Shown here piece by piece: positions 1-11,449 of a DNA stretch of 64,000 nucleotides. The translations under genes and the position numbers were made by a program. Source of the stretch: Eutreptiella sp. 'Long Island Sound 2002' (taxonomy: Eukaryota; Protista; Euglenida); the NCBI GenBank assembly GCA_964036045.1, contig OZ038378.1, positions 55,552,001 to 55,616,000 on the forward strand, given 5' to 3'. Under the pieces are notes generated by a model. It did no database searches, was not told where the DNA came from, and was given only the letters and a program-made list of their open reading frames with translations. The first letter of the stretch is position 1; each line of letters opens with the position of its first letter.

Positions 1-3
1 TAA

Positions 4-750
4 CTAAAATACATTTTTTTCATCGTCCGAGTAATGCAGAGGAATTGGCGCTCCTTTTTGAGCAGCACTGGCAAAGCCATGGGTAGTACCATAGCCGGAC
101 AACAATAGTAACAAGGTGGCTATCCTCATGTTGAACGACATTGGTGCATCACGTTCGGTTGTGGAAATTGCTGCGGCTTGCAACGCAACCGGCGCCATCA
201 GGGACATGAGGATTTTCTCGTTGAGTGGGACCAAGGGCGTGCCTGCGGGTGCCGTGGATCCTTTTTTTTCTTGCTGCGGTATGCCCTTTTTGACTACATT
301 CATGTATACCTCCTCCCGATGTCTCAATTGACCCCCCCCCCCCCCCCACTACTTGTCCCTTTTACATATTGTTCGAGCTTGAAGACCAATACATGGGGGG
401 TGTTCATCCACTCTTGGACACCTACGGTTCTTGGCAAGGAGGTCCCCATGGCGATTTTGGGTGGCAAGGGACTGAAGTTCTTCATTGATCAATTACGATA
501 GCCACAAGGTTGGCAATGGCTTGTGACTACCTTTTATGATAAGACTATTGGCACTCCTACTATGCGACTGGTCGAGAGCACAGTAGATTTTGGATTGCTG
601 CAAAGATTGAATATGAAAGTGCCTGATTTCTTCACATCATCAAGGGGAGTTCAAGGCACTCCTTCCCCTTTTTGTTATACGTTGGCTCCCGAAGGCATGA
701 AGGTGGTTCCAAGTGATATGACAGCAGCAAAACAGTTCCATCGATTTTGA
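4..750 (-). pseudogene. Degraded coding remnant of unknown identity, downstream of transposase copy A1
   Basis: Protein-like stretches on the minus strand (VQEWMNTPHVLVFKLEQYVKG; ORF 4..327) are broken by stops and a poly-G run. No motif recognised with confidence. Confidence 0.25.
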
Positions 751-1599
751 CTGTCACTTCAAATGTGATCATGCCCTCTCAAATTTTCAGGTGCCTGACA
801 AAATCCACATGTGTTGTAGTCGCATACAGGAGCAAGTCTGCTGAGAAGGCTTAGTTTATGAGTAGGCTAGGGACCACGATAGCTAATGTGGATTGTTTTT
901 GTATTGTGGTTTAAGGCCATTGATGACCAGTGTTTGTGTGACGTAGCCAAGGCACAAGCTTCCGAGGACCGAAATTTTGAGGTGGAGGATTGAGAAGACG
1001 CTGACAATTTGGATGTGCCCGCTGATGTTTTTATGCTTAATAAGTGCAAGTCCGCGAGCGGCACTGCTCGTTCTGCGGAGAAAAAGGTCACGCCTCGGAG
1101 ACCCGAGACGTGCCATGGCTGCTTTGACCGCCAAGGCCAAAGAGACTAAGCCTCCGGCCAAGAATGGCAAGAAGCGAATTCCTTGTGGCCCTTTTTCATG
1201 CATGTAATTTGTACGTTGTTGACATTTTATGCTCCGCAGAGTGCAATGTTGCAATTCGCCCCCTTTTACGCATGCTAGTGTGCATTTTAGCACGAGCAGT
1301 GCAATTCCTTCGCTTCGCATTTTTCGTTGGAGGCTTTTGCAGCCCATCATGACAAGACTATGGTTTCGCCTACTGTTAAAGTCAAACGAATTTCCATGCA
1401 GATCATTGGTGTCCGTGTTCGCCTCACAACCTACTCCCAAAAAATTGCAAAGGTGGTTATTAGGTGCCACACGTCTCATGCATGTGTGTTTTCTACAGAA
1501 TGTGTGGTTTGTCTTGTACACTTAGGAGACTTGCGAAGTGAATTATGCGCATATAAAGCACATAACGTAGAGAACAGGATTGGTTAACCTACGGATCGA

Positions 1600-3400
1600 A
1601 ACATCTGTGACGAGTAGGTTCAAAATTGGATACGGGAAAAAGTTTTGGATTTGCGGGCCCATGCGGTCCGGGAGTGCTATTCCGGTGACCAAAAGAGTCA
1701 GCTAAGTTCAATTGTTTTGCCGGCCTACGATCCGCAGGCAGTCACGTATCCTAATGGCACATGTTCGCAAGGCTCGGGCCCTCAGGCAACACCCTTGATT
1801 GTTGAAAGATATTTTAAAGCGGGTATATCATTTATCGGTGGGTATGCGTCGCATTGTGGTACTGCAAGCCATCCCCCTAAGTCCCTTGTCGTGATGTTGC
1901 ATACAATTCAATGAGTACGGTGTCACCACAATGGTTGACGTGGGCCACACTATGGTTGTCGCATTGCCACTAAGAATTGTACAAGAGTGCACGACAAATC
2001 CACACAACGTCGTACCGCAGAAGTACCTACTATGCTTGATCCTTTGGCACAACTAGACTAGGTGCAATTACGCACCACGTGCCCCGTCACAAAAATTGCG
2101 TGAAGGTAGTAATTGAGGAGGGCATCCAGCCCGTGAAGTATGCGTAACCCATCTTGGGCATGTACACGCACTTGGTCCACCAGGGACCTGATAGCAGGCA
2201 TTTTTTTTGCCTCAAACGTGTTTGTAGCTTGGGTGTTTGAATGAGGAGGGCAGCTAGTGTTTCCTTTGTGATAATGAGTTTGGGGTCGTTATGTATGTGT
2301 ACACGTGCCACAAAGGCAGCAAAAATGATGTATTGAATCGGCGCAAAGATTTTACAAACAATAATGTTGTAGGCGTGTTTATACCAATGCCACGTGCGGT
2401 AATTTAAGGAGATCCTTGCAGCCATACGGGAAAGTTCCACTCAACACTAGCTCTAGAATAAAGTAGTTTCAACACCCAATAGTGGATATTGCAATCCACG
2501 GGCAAGGCCATGGAGGTCTAGTAGTAGATATTGGTGTGTAGCAACGTATTCAAGAGATCAAGGAGCTCTTCACTTCGACTTCTACCGGATTCATAGATGT
2601 TGAAATGTTGCCCACAAAGTTTCTATTTACAAGGCACCCCTAAAAGATCAATGGGGGCATGGATGGTTTTGCAGCCAATGGGCGCATTGTGCACCTCATT
2701 GCACACCTTCACCACTTCCCTGTTTTGCGCGATTGTAGCAGCCACGACGTCCACCCTGTCCATTGCTTGTTGCAAAATCCGGATGGCCAAGAAAGAGGTG
2801 GAGGCGAGGTGTGTGCAGCATGGTTATCACATTTGCATGTAGCTGGACGTTGGATTTCACGGGGTTGACCCCGATTTCGGCATCCCACCAGTGGTGCACC
2901 CTTGCAACCATGCGATGCCATGCAATGCTACGCCACAGTCTAGTGAATTGCAATGCCCTATGATCCGCAATGAACAATTGGGAGTGCTCATTTAGACCTG
3001 TGTGCAGCACCTTGTGGGTGTTGCCACACATGTAAGCAATCCATGGTGGCCCTGTGCCGCACCATGCCCCCCCTTCCAGCCGGAACTTGCGACGCAGACA
3101 CTCTCCGGCTCTTTGTGTCTAGAGGTTCGGGACAGGGCATGGTCGTTAATGAGTGGTGCTGGCAAGGAGCAACATCCTACTAGCCGGTGGTCGTCGGGTG
3201 TTGTGATTGTGGTGCAAGGAGACACAGACATAACGTATGGGTTCCCTAAAATGTGAACCGGAGGTAGGTAGCCCAAGTGTGCCTCATTTGAAAAACGTGG
3301 TGCGCCGTTTTTTGCCCTCGCTGGACGTGTGGCAAGGGCCGCAGGATGACACAATGGAATACATACGGCAACATACAGCACTAAAACCACCTATGAAGCG
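1600..3400 (-). pseudogene. Family A DDE-like transposase pseudogene (copy A1)
   Basis: Fragments are collinear with the 699-aa ORF at 37599. LWRSIAWHRMVARVHHWW..NVITMLHTPRLHLFLGHP matches LWSSMSNHQMAMWFDNWW..NLTVFAMLHTTDLCPFPGHP. YRTWHWYKH matches YGAWHPYKH, TKETLAALLI matches IEKVVAALLL, and EPCEH near 1765 matches EEPCE/EEIGE. Many stops and frameshifts; boundaries approximate. Confidence 0.75.
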
Positions 3401-3899
3401 CCAAGAGGCTAATGGCATCATAGAGGCAATTGGGTTCATACCAATTGCGCTGGACAACATTGTTCCTCATCTACCAAATACCATGCTCATTGATAATGTG
3501 CATGCCCCGCCCAGGGCGGAATGCCCGTCATCCGGCATGGGTTTGCCATGGTGCTGCAGCGCAATGCAGCACATTGTGCACACATTCTTGTTGGTGACCC
3601 GGCCCCCGTCCCGGAATAGTGAGGCACCATGGTTTTGCTTCCCGCTTGTCCGCTCAGACTTTTGTCGTGCATGTTTTTGCTTACGTTAATTCGTGGTGCG
3701 GTCGGATTATTTTTTTGGGGGCGGTATTGATGATCGAGTCCATTAATCTTTAAGATCTGCATTGGTTTTTCGTCTATAAATATTAACCTCCAAAAATTAA
3801 GTTATACATACAAAAATTAACTTACACTTATGCTTTTTTCCATGGCGTGGGTGGAACATTTTTTTGTCTTTCCCCCCAGATGCAACACGTGGGGGTGTG

Positions 3900-4290
3900 G
3901 CAGGGAAGGGGGCACCACTACACACCACAAGCCCACACCCCTTGACCCACACACCACAACCCCACACACCACATCCCCGGACAAAACAACGTGACAGATG
4001 TGAGCCTCCCATGCCACAACCCAGCGCACCACATGCCCACACACCGCAGCCCCGCACCCCCGACGTCTAGACACCACGTTGCCCCACAACAAACCCCCAT
4101 ACCGCACAACCCCAGACCTCTGAGCCGCACAACCCACGGCCCCACACCCCGTAGCACTCTACCCTATACCTCCACCCGCCACCACCTCACACACCACACC
4201 CCCCACACCACACTGCCCCACACACCACAGCCTGCACATCGCAACCCCACACCCCGCAGCCCCTCACACCCCACACATCCCGCCGCCTAC

Positions 4291-4324
<34 letters not shown>

Positions 4325-4830
4325 ACAACAACAACAACAACACCGCCCCAGGTTATCCCACCATGCACGCGCCCCAATGGCCTCCAAAAAGATCCAAAGG
4401 ACCATTGCAGGTTGTCCCAGCTGGGGGGGGCAGAAGGCCTTGAGGTATTCCCCCAATTTTCATGTTAATTTTTCAACCTTGTTGTCAATTTTTGGAGATT
4501 GATTTTAATTTTTGACCGCCGCCCAAAATATGAAATATGAAACCCAAAAATTAACCACACAAAAATTAAAAACTTGTTCCAAAAATCAACTTTGCCCTCT
4601 AGTCCCCCCCGGAATATTTTTCTCCAACGACAGCGCACCACAAACTATTAGAGTGCCGAAGTGCCCCAACACAACACACCCCCATATACAAACAGCCCCA
4701 CAAACCGCAACACTAGACACCAAACCCCCCGACAACATGGCTCAGTACACCATGGCCGCACACAGCACAAACCCACACACTATAGCCCGGGAGAGCACAC
4801 ACCCACACACCACCGCCCCGCACACCACTG
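3900..4830. repeat. CA-rich low-complexity tract with (AAC)n microsatellite at about 4289-4341
   Basis: Degenerate CACACC/CCACAC repeats and a near-pure AAC run are visible directly. Confidence 0.85.
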
Positions 4831-5202
4831 AGGTCACATGCATACGTCGCATGGTGCATATGGGCACGGCCTACTTCCAGCCGCTGGGCCACCGTTGAAC
4901 TGAAGTGACGCCGTTGTGTGCCGTGCCGGTTTGGAGGATGGTGGGGGGTCAGTGTGTGTAAGGGAAGCAGTGAAATGGGGAGGCAACCAGGCAAGGAAGG
5001 CAGAAGGAATGGGCAAACAATGTGCAAACATTGGGCACGCGATGGGGAGACAACGCAAGGGTGCCGCATAGGCGACGCACGGAGGACCTTGTGAACCTTA
5101 ACGTGGCCACCACGCGGATATGGAGGTGACCTAAGGTGGAAAGGGAGGAGGGAGGAGGAGAAATATGTGCAATATGACCAACTACTACCCAGGAAAGGGC
5201 TA
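4830..5202 (-). repeat. Repeat H, left part (interrupted by element B1; continues at 10687-10870)
   Basis: 4830-5202 joined to 10689-10870 aligns collinearly with the uninterrupted copy at about 50920-51240, for example ggtggaaaggga...tgaccaactact...agga.agggc|..g..ggacaaggta. Confidence 0.8.
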
Positions 5203-6538
5203 CCCTTGGTACACGCTAGAATACCCAATCTCGTTGTAGCCTAGAACCGGCTAGAGCGGCTAGAACGAAAAAAAGAGGGGGATACCGCCCCGCATGGGGG
5301 GGGGGGGGGGTGAGGTGTCTAACCTGGACCCCCCTATCCATACTCGGGGGCCCATACTTGTTTTTTCACAATTTCACTGTTTTCACCTGATTTTGGAGTC
5401 AAAAATTTTTTCGTTCTAGCGGCGTTCTAGCAACGTTTTAGCGAGCGTTCTAGAACGTTGCTAGAACGCCGCTAGAACGGTTCGCTAGAACGCCGCTAGA
5501 ACGATATATATGAATGCTCGGCCCCTCCTCAAAGAGAAGCTGCCCCGGCTACCATGGCCAGCCGTGGCCAATCACAGGATCCCGATGCTGGAGCCGACTC
5601 ACGGAGCACCGGGTTCCCACACCCCACCCCCCGGTTAGCCCAGTTAGCCTCCCACCGCACCCCATAGGTCACTTGGAAGGTCACTTGGCGGGCCGGCGCC
5701 GGGTCACTTGGTGGTGGGTTAGCCCGATTAGCCCGGTTAGCCCGATTAGCCCTCCTGCCCCCCCAGGCCCCCATTCGCGAGTCGCGACACGCAGGTTACC
5801 CCTCCTGCGTGGTCGGGGGTTGCCGGGGCTCATCCTTGCTCCCGGCACCCCCCTTCTCACCCCCACCCCCCGTGTCCCCTTCCTTCTCACCCCCCTTGTC
5901 ACCCCCCGCCTCACCCCCCTTGTCACCCCCCTCCCCCTTGTCACCACCCTTGTCCCCCTCGTCATCCCCGTCATCCCCGTCGTCCCCGTCGTCCCCGTCG
6001 TCCCCGGCCTCCAAGGCCTCCCGGAGGTGGGCCTCCGCCTCCTCCCGGGTGAGGAAGAGGAGGTCCCCCGCCACCCGGAAGGTGCCCCCCTCTTTCTCCA
6101 GCTTCCTCTTCCTCGCCTTCTTCCCCTTCTTCCCCCCCTCCCCCTCCCCATTGGACCCCTGCGACACCACCCACCACTCCCCCGGGTCCAACTCCTCATC
6201 CCAATCCCCCAACACCGTCCATTGGCTGACGGTCCCCCCATTGCCCCCCTCCGCCCAAGGGACATACCGGGTGTCCCCCACACCCGGCACATTCCCATAG
6301 GGGTCCCGGCCCCTTTCTTGCATAGGGGGGGCCTGGGGTTTGGGGGGGGGTGGCTTTGCCCTTGCCCTTGGCCTGCGGCTTGGCCTTGGGCTTGGGTTTG
6401 CCTTGCTGCCCTTGGGGGGGGGCCTCTTCGTCGCTACTCTCGAAGTGGCGGGGGCGGGGTTTTTTCTTGGGGGCCTTGGGGGGAGTTTGGGGGCCTTGGT
6501 GGGGGTTTTCTTCTCCCCGCTGCTGGTGCTGCTGCCGG

Positions 6539-6571
<33 letters not shown>

Positions 6572-6815
6572 CATCCCCCCCCCCCCCGGTCCTGCAAACT
6601 CCCCCAACCCTTGCGTTTGCGGGTCCATGCCCCCCGCACATTCTTACCGCTTCCCACCTACCCAAACCCTCCAGCACCGAGAGGGCCAAATTGGGGTTCG
6701 TCCCCAACATCCGGCTGAACTCGGTGAACCCCACGAGGCGCGACCGCCCTCCACCATCGCGCCACTCCACGCACACCCCGCGGGGGTCGCCTCCACACGT
6801 CTGCACGCTGACAAC

Positions 6816-6970
6816 CTGAAGAGACAACCAAAATGCAGGAGCGTTCTAGCGGCGTTCTAGGCAACTGTTCTAGCAGCATTCTAGCGACGTTCTAGCGGCG
6901 GCGGCACGGCGGTGGCTAGATCAACGCTAGAACGGTTCGCTAGATCACCGCTAGAACGCAATCGACATAC
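6816..6970 (-). other. GT-AG intron (155 bp) filled with a GTTCTAG/CTAGAAC fold-back array
   Basis: Donor ACG|GTATGT, acceptor CTCTTCAG|GTT, with an in-frame join. Confidence 0.8.
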
Positions 6971-8336
6971 CGTGCCTTGGCAGTCCAGGGCGGGGGAGAT
7001 GGCCCCCGGTGCCTTGGCGAAGGCGTCCGCGGGATTGGGGGGGTGCGGGTGCGGGTGCGGGGGGCCGCCAGCGGGGGCTGCGGCGGGATTGGGTTTGGGC
7101 TTGGGCCGGGCGGCGATGCCGTGCAGCACCCCGGCATACACCCCCCAGTTCGCCGCCTCGGGGTTGAGACCCCCGAAGTCCAGCAGCGCCGACCAAGTCG
7201 GCGTCCCCACCCAGGCCTTCCCCACCCACTCAAGCCCCCCCAAGCCCAGCCCCTGCCAGCAGTGGGCGACGAATCGCCAGTGGGTGCCCCCCCCCTTTTT
7301 CCGCTCGGGGGTGAAGATGTTGGTTTGCGCCAACTCAAACATCTTCACCCCCCTTTCGGGGGGGGGGGGGGCTCCCCCCATCGCTTCTTCCCCGGCCCTG
7401 GCAACTCACGTTGCCCCCCCCACGACCCCTCGACCACCCCCAGGCGCAGGGGCTTGTCCAGGTGGACAACCCCCCCCCCCCTGTCCACCCATACCCGCCG
7501 CCCCGCCCCCAACAGCCGGTGGTGCACCCGCACCAACAAAAACCGGATAGTCCATACCGGACTCTCCGGGGCGACGAGGAGGGGGGTGTCCAGGTTTGGG
7601 GGGTGGGGGCCAGCCAGGGTTGCCGGGTCCCATGGCAGGTCCTGGATGGCCTCCGCAGCCCTCGACCCCATCCACCCCCTGAGCCACTGGCTCGTCCCCC
7701 CCCCCCCCCCGCCGGCGCCGCCTGCACCACCTTCGTCTCCTCCTCCTTCTCCTTCACGCTCGCCTCCTCCATCTCGCCCTGCACGTCCACCTCCACCACC
7801 TCGTCCACCTCCTCGTCCTTCACCCTCGCCACCACCGCTGCCAACTCCCTCTCGCTCCGCCTCACCGCCCGATCGAACCCCTCGATCGCCTCCTGCTTCT
7901 CGGCCACCTTCGCCTTCGCCTTGTGAAGGTTGGCCTCCCCCCAGCGGATCCTCTCCTCCTCCGCTCCCTCCTCCCGGAGGCTGGCCAATTTTGCCTCCCA
8001 GGCCGAGACTTTCGTCTCAGCCCTTGTCTTGGCCGCCCTGGAGGCGGCGCGGGAATCCAAGAACCCTTTGAGCTCTCCCCGCGCCTCCTCCACCTCCGCC
8101 GGTGCCTCCTCGGCTGCGGCTGCCGCCTCCTTCCGGGCTACCAATGGGCGAGGGGGTGGCGACTGTGGATGTGGGGCTTGGGGTTGGGGCTTGGGCTTGG
8201 ACTTGGCCTTGGCGAGGGGGGCTGCCTGGGGCTTGGGGTGCGGGGCCTGCTCGGCCTTTGGCTCCGCCTCCTCTGCCGGAGCTTTACACCTTTGCGCCTC
8301 CAGGATATGCGCAATGAGCGTCTGGGTCGCTGCATT

Positions 8337-8489
8337 CTGTAGCACAGGAGCGTTCTAGCGGCGTTCTAGGCAGCTGTTCTAGCGGCGTTCTAGCGACAGT
8401 CTAGCGGCCGATCGTGCTGCCTAGATCAAGACTAGAACGATTCCCTAGATCACCGCTAGAACGCAAAGCACGAAATATAACTGCCTCAC
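8337..8489 (-). other. GT-AG intron (153 bp) filled with a GTTCTAG/CTAGAAC fold-back array
   Basis: Donor CTG|GTGAGG, acceptor CTACAG|AAT, with an in-frame join. Confidence 0.8.
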
Positions 8490-8519
8490 CAGCTCGTCCA
8501 ACTGCTCTTGCGATGCCAT

Positions 8520-10474
8520 CTTGGTTTGAAATACTCTGTTTCAGTGAAGCCTGCATGTGACCCTGGCCCCTCTTTACCTCCATGGCATCCCTGCCCGAGC
8601 ATGGCACTTGCGACCGCGGCCCCCCATGCACAACCCACGACACATCAAAGTATGCAAACAACCATGTCATGCACCGCGCTTGCACATTGGCCTCCCTGTG
8701 GATGGCCGAACACTGACGACGCGACACCTCGTCCACCCCCTCCACCCGACAGCCCCCCCCCCCCGGTTGCTATGCTCGTTGTGACCATGATTCAGAAAGC
8801 GGTTAATCCTCTCCGAAATGCTACCGTAGAACATAGCTAGGCCAAACGGCTTAATGTTCTGCAACAGGGTATCAACATCCTGCTCAAGGCTTAGTAGATA
8901 CCATGATGCTGTTCCAGCAGTGCAGTGTCGCCAGAAATCGCGCGCAACAGCAGCACAATTCAATGGGTTAGGGCCCTGATATGTACAGTAAAGGGCCTGC
9001 AGCAGGTCCCACATGTTCGCGATGGCCTTGTACTTGGCCGTGCTTGGCCTAATGCCGAGGCACCTAGCAATATCCGCCCATGCGTCAAAAAAATTGGCCG
9101 TCTCCTCCCCATCCGGGGATGCTGACCCATAAACGCTCCAACCTGCACGCCTCTCCGACAGGAGAACTTGCAGGTCTTGACGGAGCGCAGGGGTGACCGA
9201 CCTAGCCTCCCGGTCAACAAACTCTCCCAACAAGCGGCCCATGGCCATTGTCAAGTGCAAAATGCACAAGACGACCCAGGCACGTGGCAATTTCAAAATG
9301 GGCTGCGTACTGCAGCCGGCGGCTTGCAAGGATGGCGTCCCAAGGAGGAAGGCCGTGTAGTTGGCCTCATCACCCTCCATGGTCCGCCGGATAGCACTAC
9401 CCTCCCAAGTCTTCTTTTGGGCATTCCATATCCCCTCATTGAACATGGAGCCCACTTGGGGGCATGTGGACACCCCGATCACCCCTCGTGTCCACGGTTG
9501 ATCCCCCTGAGGATCACCTTTGCCTCCTCCTTGGAGGCCCCCATTGGACGAGCCCCGTGTCGATGATATCTTGAATCACCTAAACACGAGACATGGGGGG
9601 TGGTTAATTTCGTTCTAGTCTAGTCCAATCTAGCGTCTAGCGAGCGGTATTTGAGGCCGACTAGATCAAAACTAGAACGAGTGAAAGGCACTAGGTGAGA
9701 GGCCTACCTCCCAATTGCTCTTCCACAACGTCCCAAGGGTCTCCATGGCCTTGTCATCGCAATTGGCCATGCTCAACACCCAAAGGCCCGCTGGAGAGCG
9801 GGCCAAGCGCTCGAAGTTAGCCAAGGAGATGGTGAGTTGGGTCCAATTGCCCCCGGCCACGGGGTAGGCATCTCCCCGGACGATGAACGTCAACGGGAAG
9901 GTGCGGTTGATTGACGGCACCAAGCCCGGCCGGGAGAGGATGTATGTGACCCATGAGGCGAAGGGCCATGAGATCCCGGTGGCCTTGGGCAACACCGTGG
10001 CAACGGAGTTATCCAATTGCACCGGGGCGACCAACTCCTTCCAACGGGCTTGGAAAGCCCGCTCGGTACAAATTGCACGGGAGTAGGGGCCACTAGGGAC
10101 GGTGCGGTGATACTCCAACTTACGGAGCGTGTAGAGCTCCGAGAGGGTCCTCCACGAGGACTTGGGGGCCCTCATGTTGAGCACTAGTTCACACATGGCG
10201 GTGGGGGGAAGTAGGGAGGCGGCGTATGCCTCAACAGCGGCCTTGCATGCCTCACCCGTGGTTTGGGTAGAAGTGGCGGTGTTCACATGTTGGACGGCGT
10301 TGTTGAATTGCCGCCGTGCTAGGGGCATGACAGCGCCCGGGTGGCCAAGTAGTGGCCCACCCGCTCATCCTTGAGGTTTGAGGCCCCACTCAACTCCCGT
10401 AGTGCCTTAGACAAGAGGGAAGTATCCTTCCCGGGTGAGGAGGGAGCAAGGGGGGTAGTGGCGGGGCGTTTCAT
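8520..10474 (-). pseudogene. B1 transposase, divergent CMC/Transib/RAG1-like DDE enzyme, one intron, a few frameshifts
   Basis: Candidate triad in order: FIVRGDAYP (D), ILRGDQPW (D, restored across a one-base poly-G shift), VLCILHLTMAMG (xxLH motif) and MFYGSISERINRF (E). The last resembles RAG1 SEGNESGNKLF. Collinear with the B2 transposase. Confidence 0.75.
9580..9707 (-). other. GT-AG intron (128 bp) of the B1 transposase containing CTAG motifs
   Basis: Donor GAG|GTAGGC, acceptor TTTAG|GTG, joining WKSNWE to VIQDIIDTG. B2 has an intron at the same position (WKANIE|AIQLVVDT). Confidence 0.8.
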
Positions 10475-11449
10475 TGCAAAGAAATGTGCAATATCTAAGC
10501 GGGAAAGAAGGAAGCATGGAACAATGCACTACGGACAATAGGAAGCATGCATGGCGGAGCAACGAAGAATTTGGGATATGTTGTAGCCATTATATCGTTC
10601 TAGTATTGATCTAATCTAGGCTAGAGCGTTCTAGCTAGAGCGTTCTGGGCTAGATCAAGATTGGGTCTTCTAGCGTGTACCAAGGGTAGCGAACCGGGAC
10701 AAGGTATAGACAAGGAAGGCAAATAGGCCAAGTGACTGTGACCAAGGATAGGGAGGAGGGGAGTCTGATGGCAAGCCAGGGGTGGTAGAAAGGGTGGACT
10801 AAGGGGCGGCAAAAGGGAGTGGGATGGAGATCGGAGGGCAGGAGGAAGGGAGGCAGGACAGTGGTGCAAGCAGCCGACCCAAGGGGCGAGAAATAGCCCG
10901 AATTACATCAAGATATTTTGGGGGATGGATCGGAAAAACCCAATTATACTGCCTTCAGCCAGGCACCTTGAAGAGAGATGAGAGAGGAGCGTAGCTGCCG
11001 CCACGTGGGTCTCCATGAGTACTCAAGTTCCCGTATTGTCACCAAATGATCACCCAAACCCATAGTAGGGGGGACGGAAGGGTTCGCAAAAAGTCAGATT
11101 TTCGAGATTTTGTAGGTGCCACTAAACACCCCAAACCACAGCAATTTAACAACATCAATTTGGCGACTTCCACGTGGGGGCCATGGCCGTGGCCACATGG
11201 GCCTAGTGGCCACCATGGGTGCTCGAGTACCTGTATTGTGAGCAAACGGCCACCCAGAGCCACCCTCGGGGCGACAAAACAGTTTCGTAAAAGATGTCAT
11301 TCTTGAAAAGGTGAAGAAAAAATAGGTGCGCGGAGCAGACTAAACAACAGCAATTTCGGGCAGGCGTATGCATAGAGGTTGAGGGGTGGGGAGAGGGGAC
11401 CCATGATAGTTTTGACCCCCCCCTCCCAGCATGAAGGCGCCCCACCTAT

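Larger units (their letters stand above)
5796..8519 (-). pseudogene. B1 gene 2: three-exon accessory protein (coiled-coil, Pro/Gly-rich and acidic regions), frameshifted at G/C runs
   Basis: ATG at 8519 (MASQEQLDEL) splices in phase 0 to NAATQTLIAHILE through a GT-AG intron at 8489-8337. A second phase-0 intron at 6970-6816 joins DCQGT to VVSVQT. Blocks shared with B2 gene 2: VEEARGELKG/VEEARGNLQS, GTHWRFVAHCW/GTCHWQLIFERW, LFLTREEAEAHLRE/VWRTQRQAKKFLE. Confidence 0.7.
5203..10686 (-). mobile_element. DNA transposon B1 (CCCTTGG termini, 2-bp TA TSD, two genes)
   Basis: TIR CCCTTGGTACACGCTAGAATACCCAATCT (5203-5231) matches the reverse complement of 10658-10686 at 28/29 positions. TA lies on both sides (5201-5202, 10687-10688). 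The flanks rejoin into repeat H. Confidence 0.92.

Noticed and set aside
5730-5756. Telomeric repeat (TTAGCC-like run)
   Set aside because: It is a 9-bp GATTAGCCC/GGTTAGCCC unit with few copies, not tandem TTAGGG.
5514-8071. Long plus-strand ORFs 5514..6860 and 6977..8071 as genes
   Set aside because: They are antisense shadows of GC-rich, low-complexity minus-strand exons. Splice signals and B2 homology support the minus strand.
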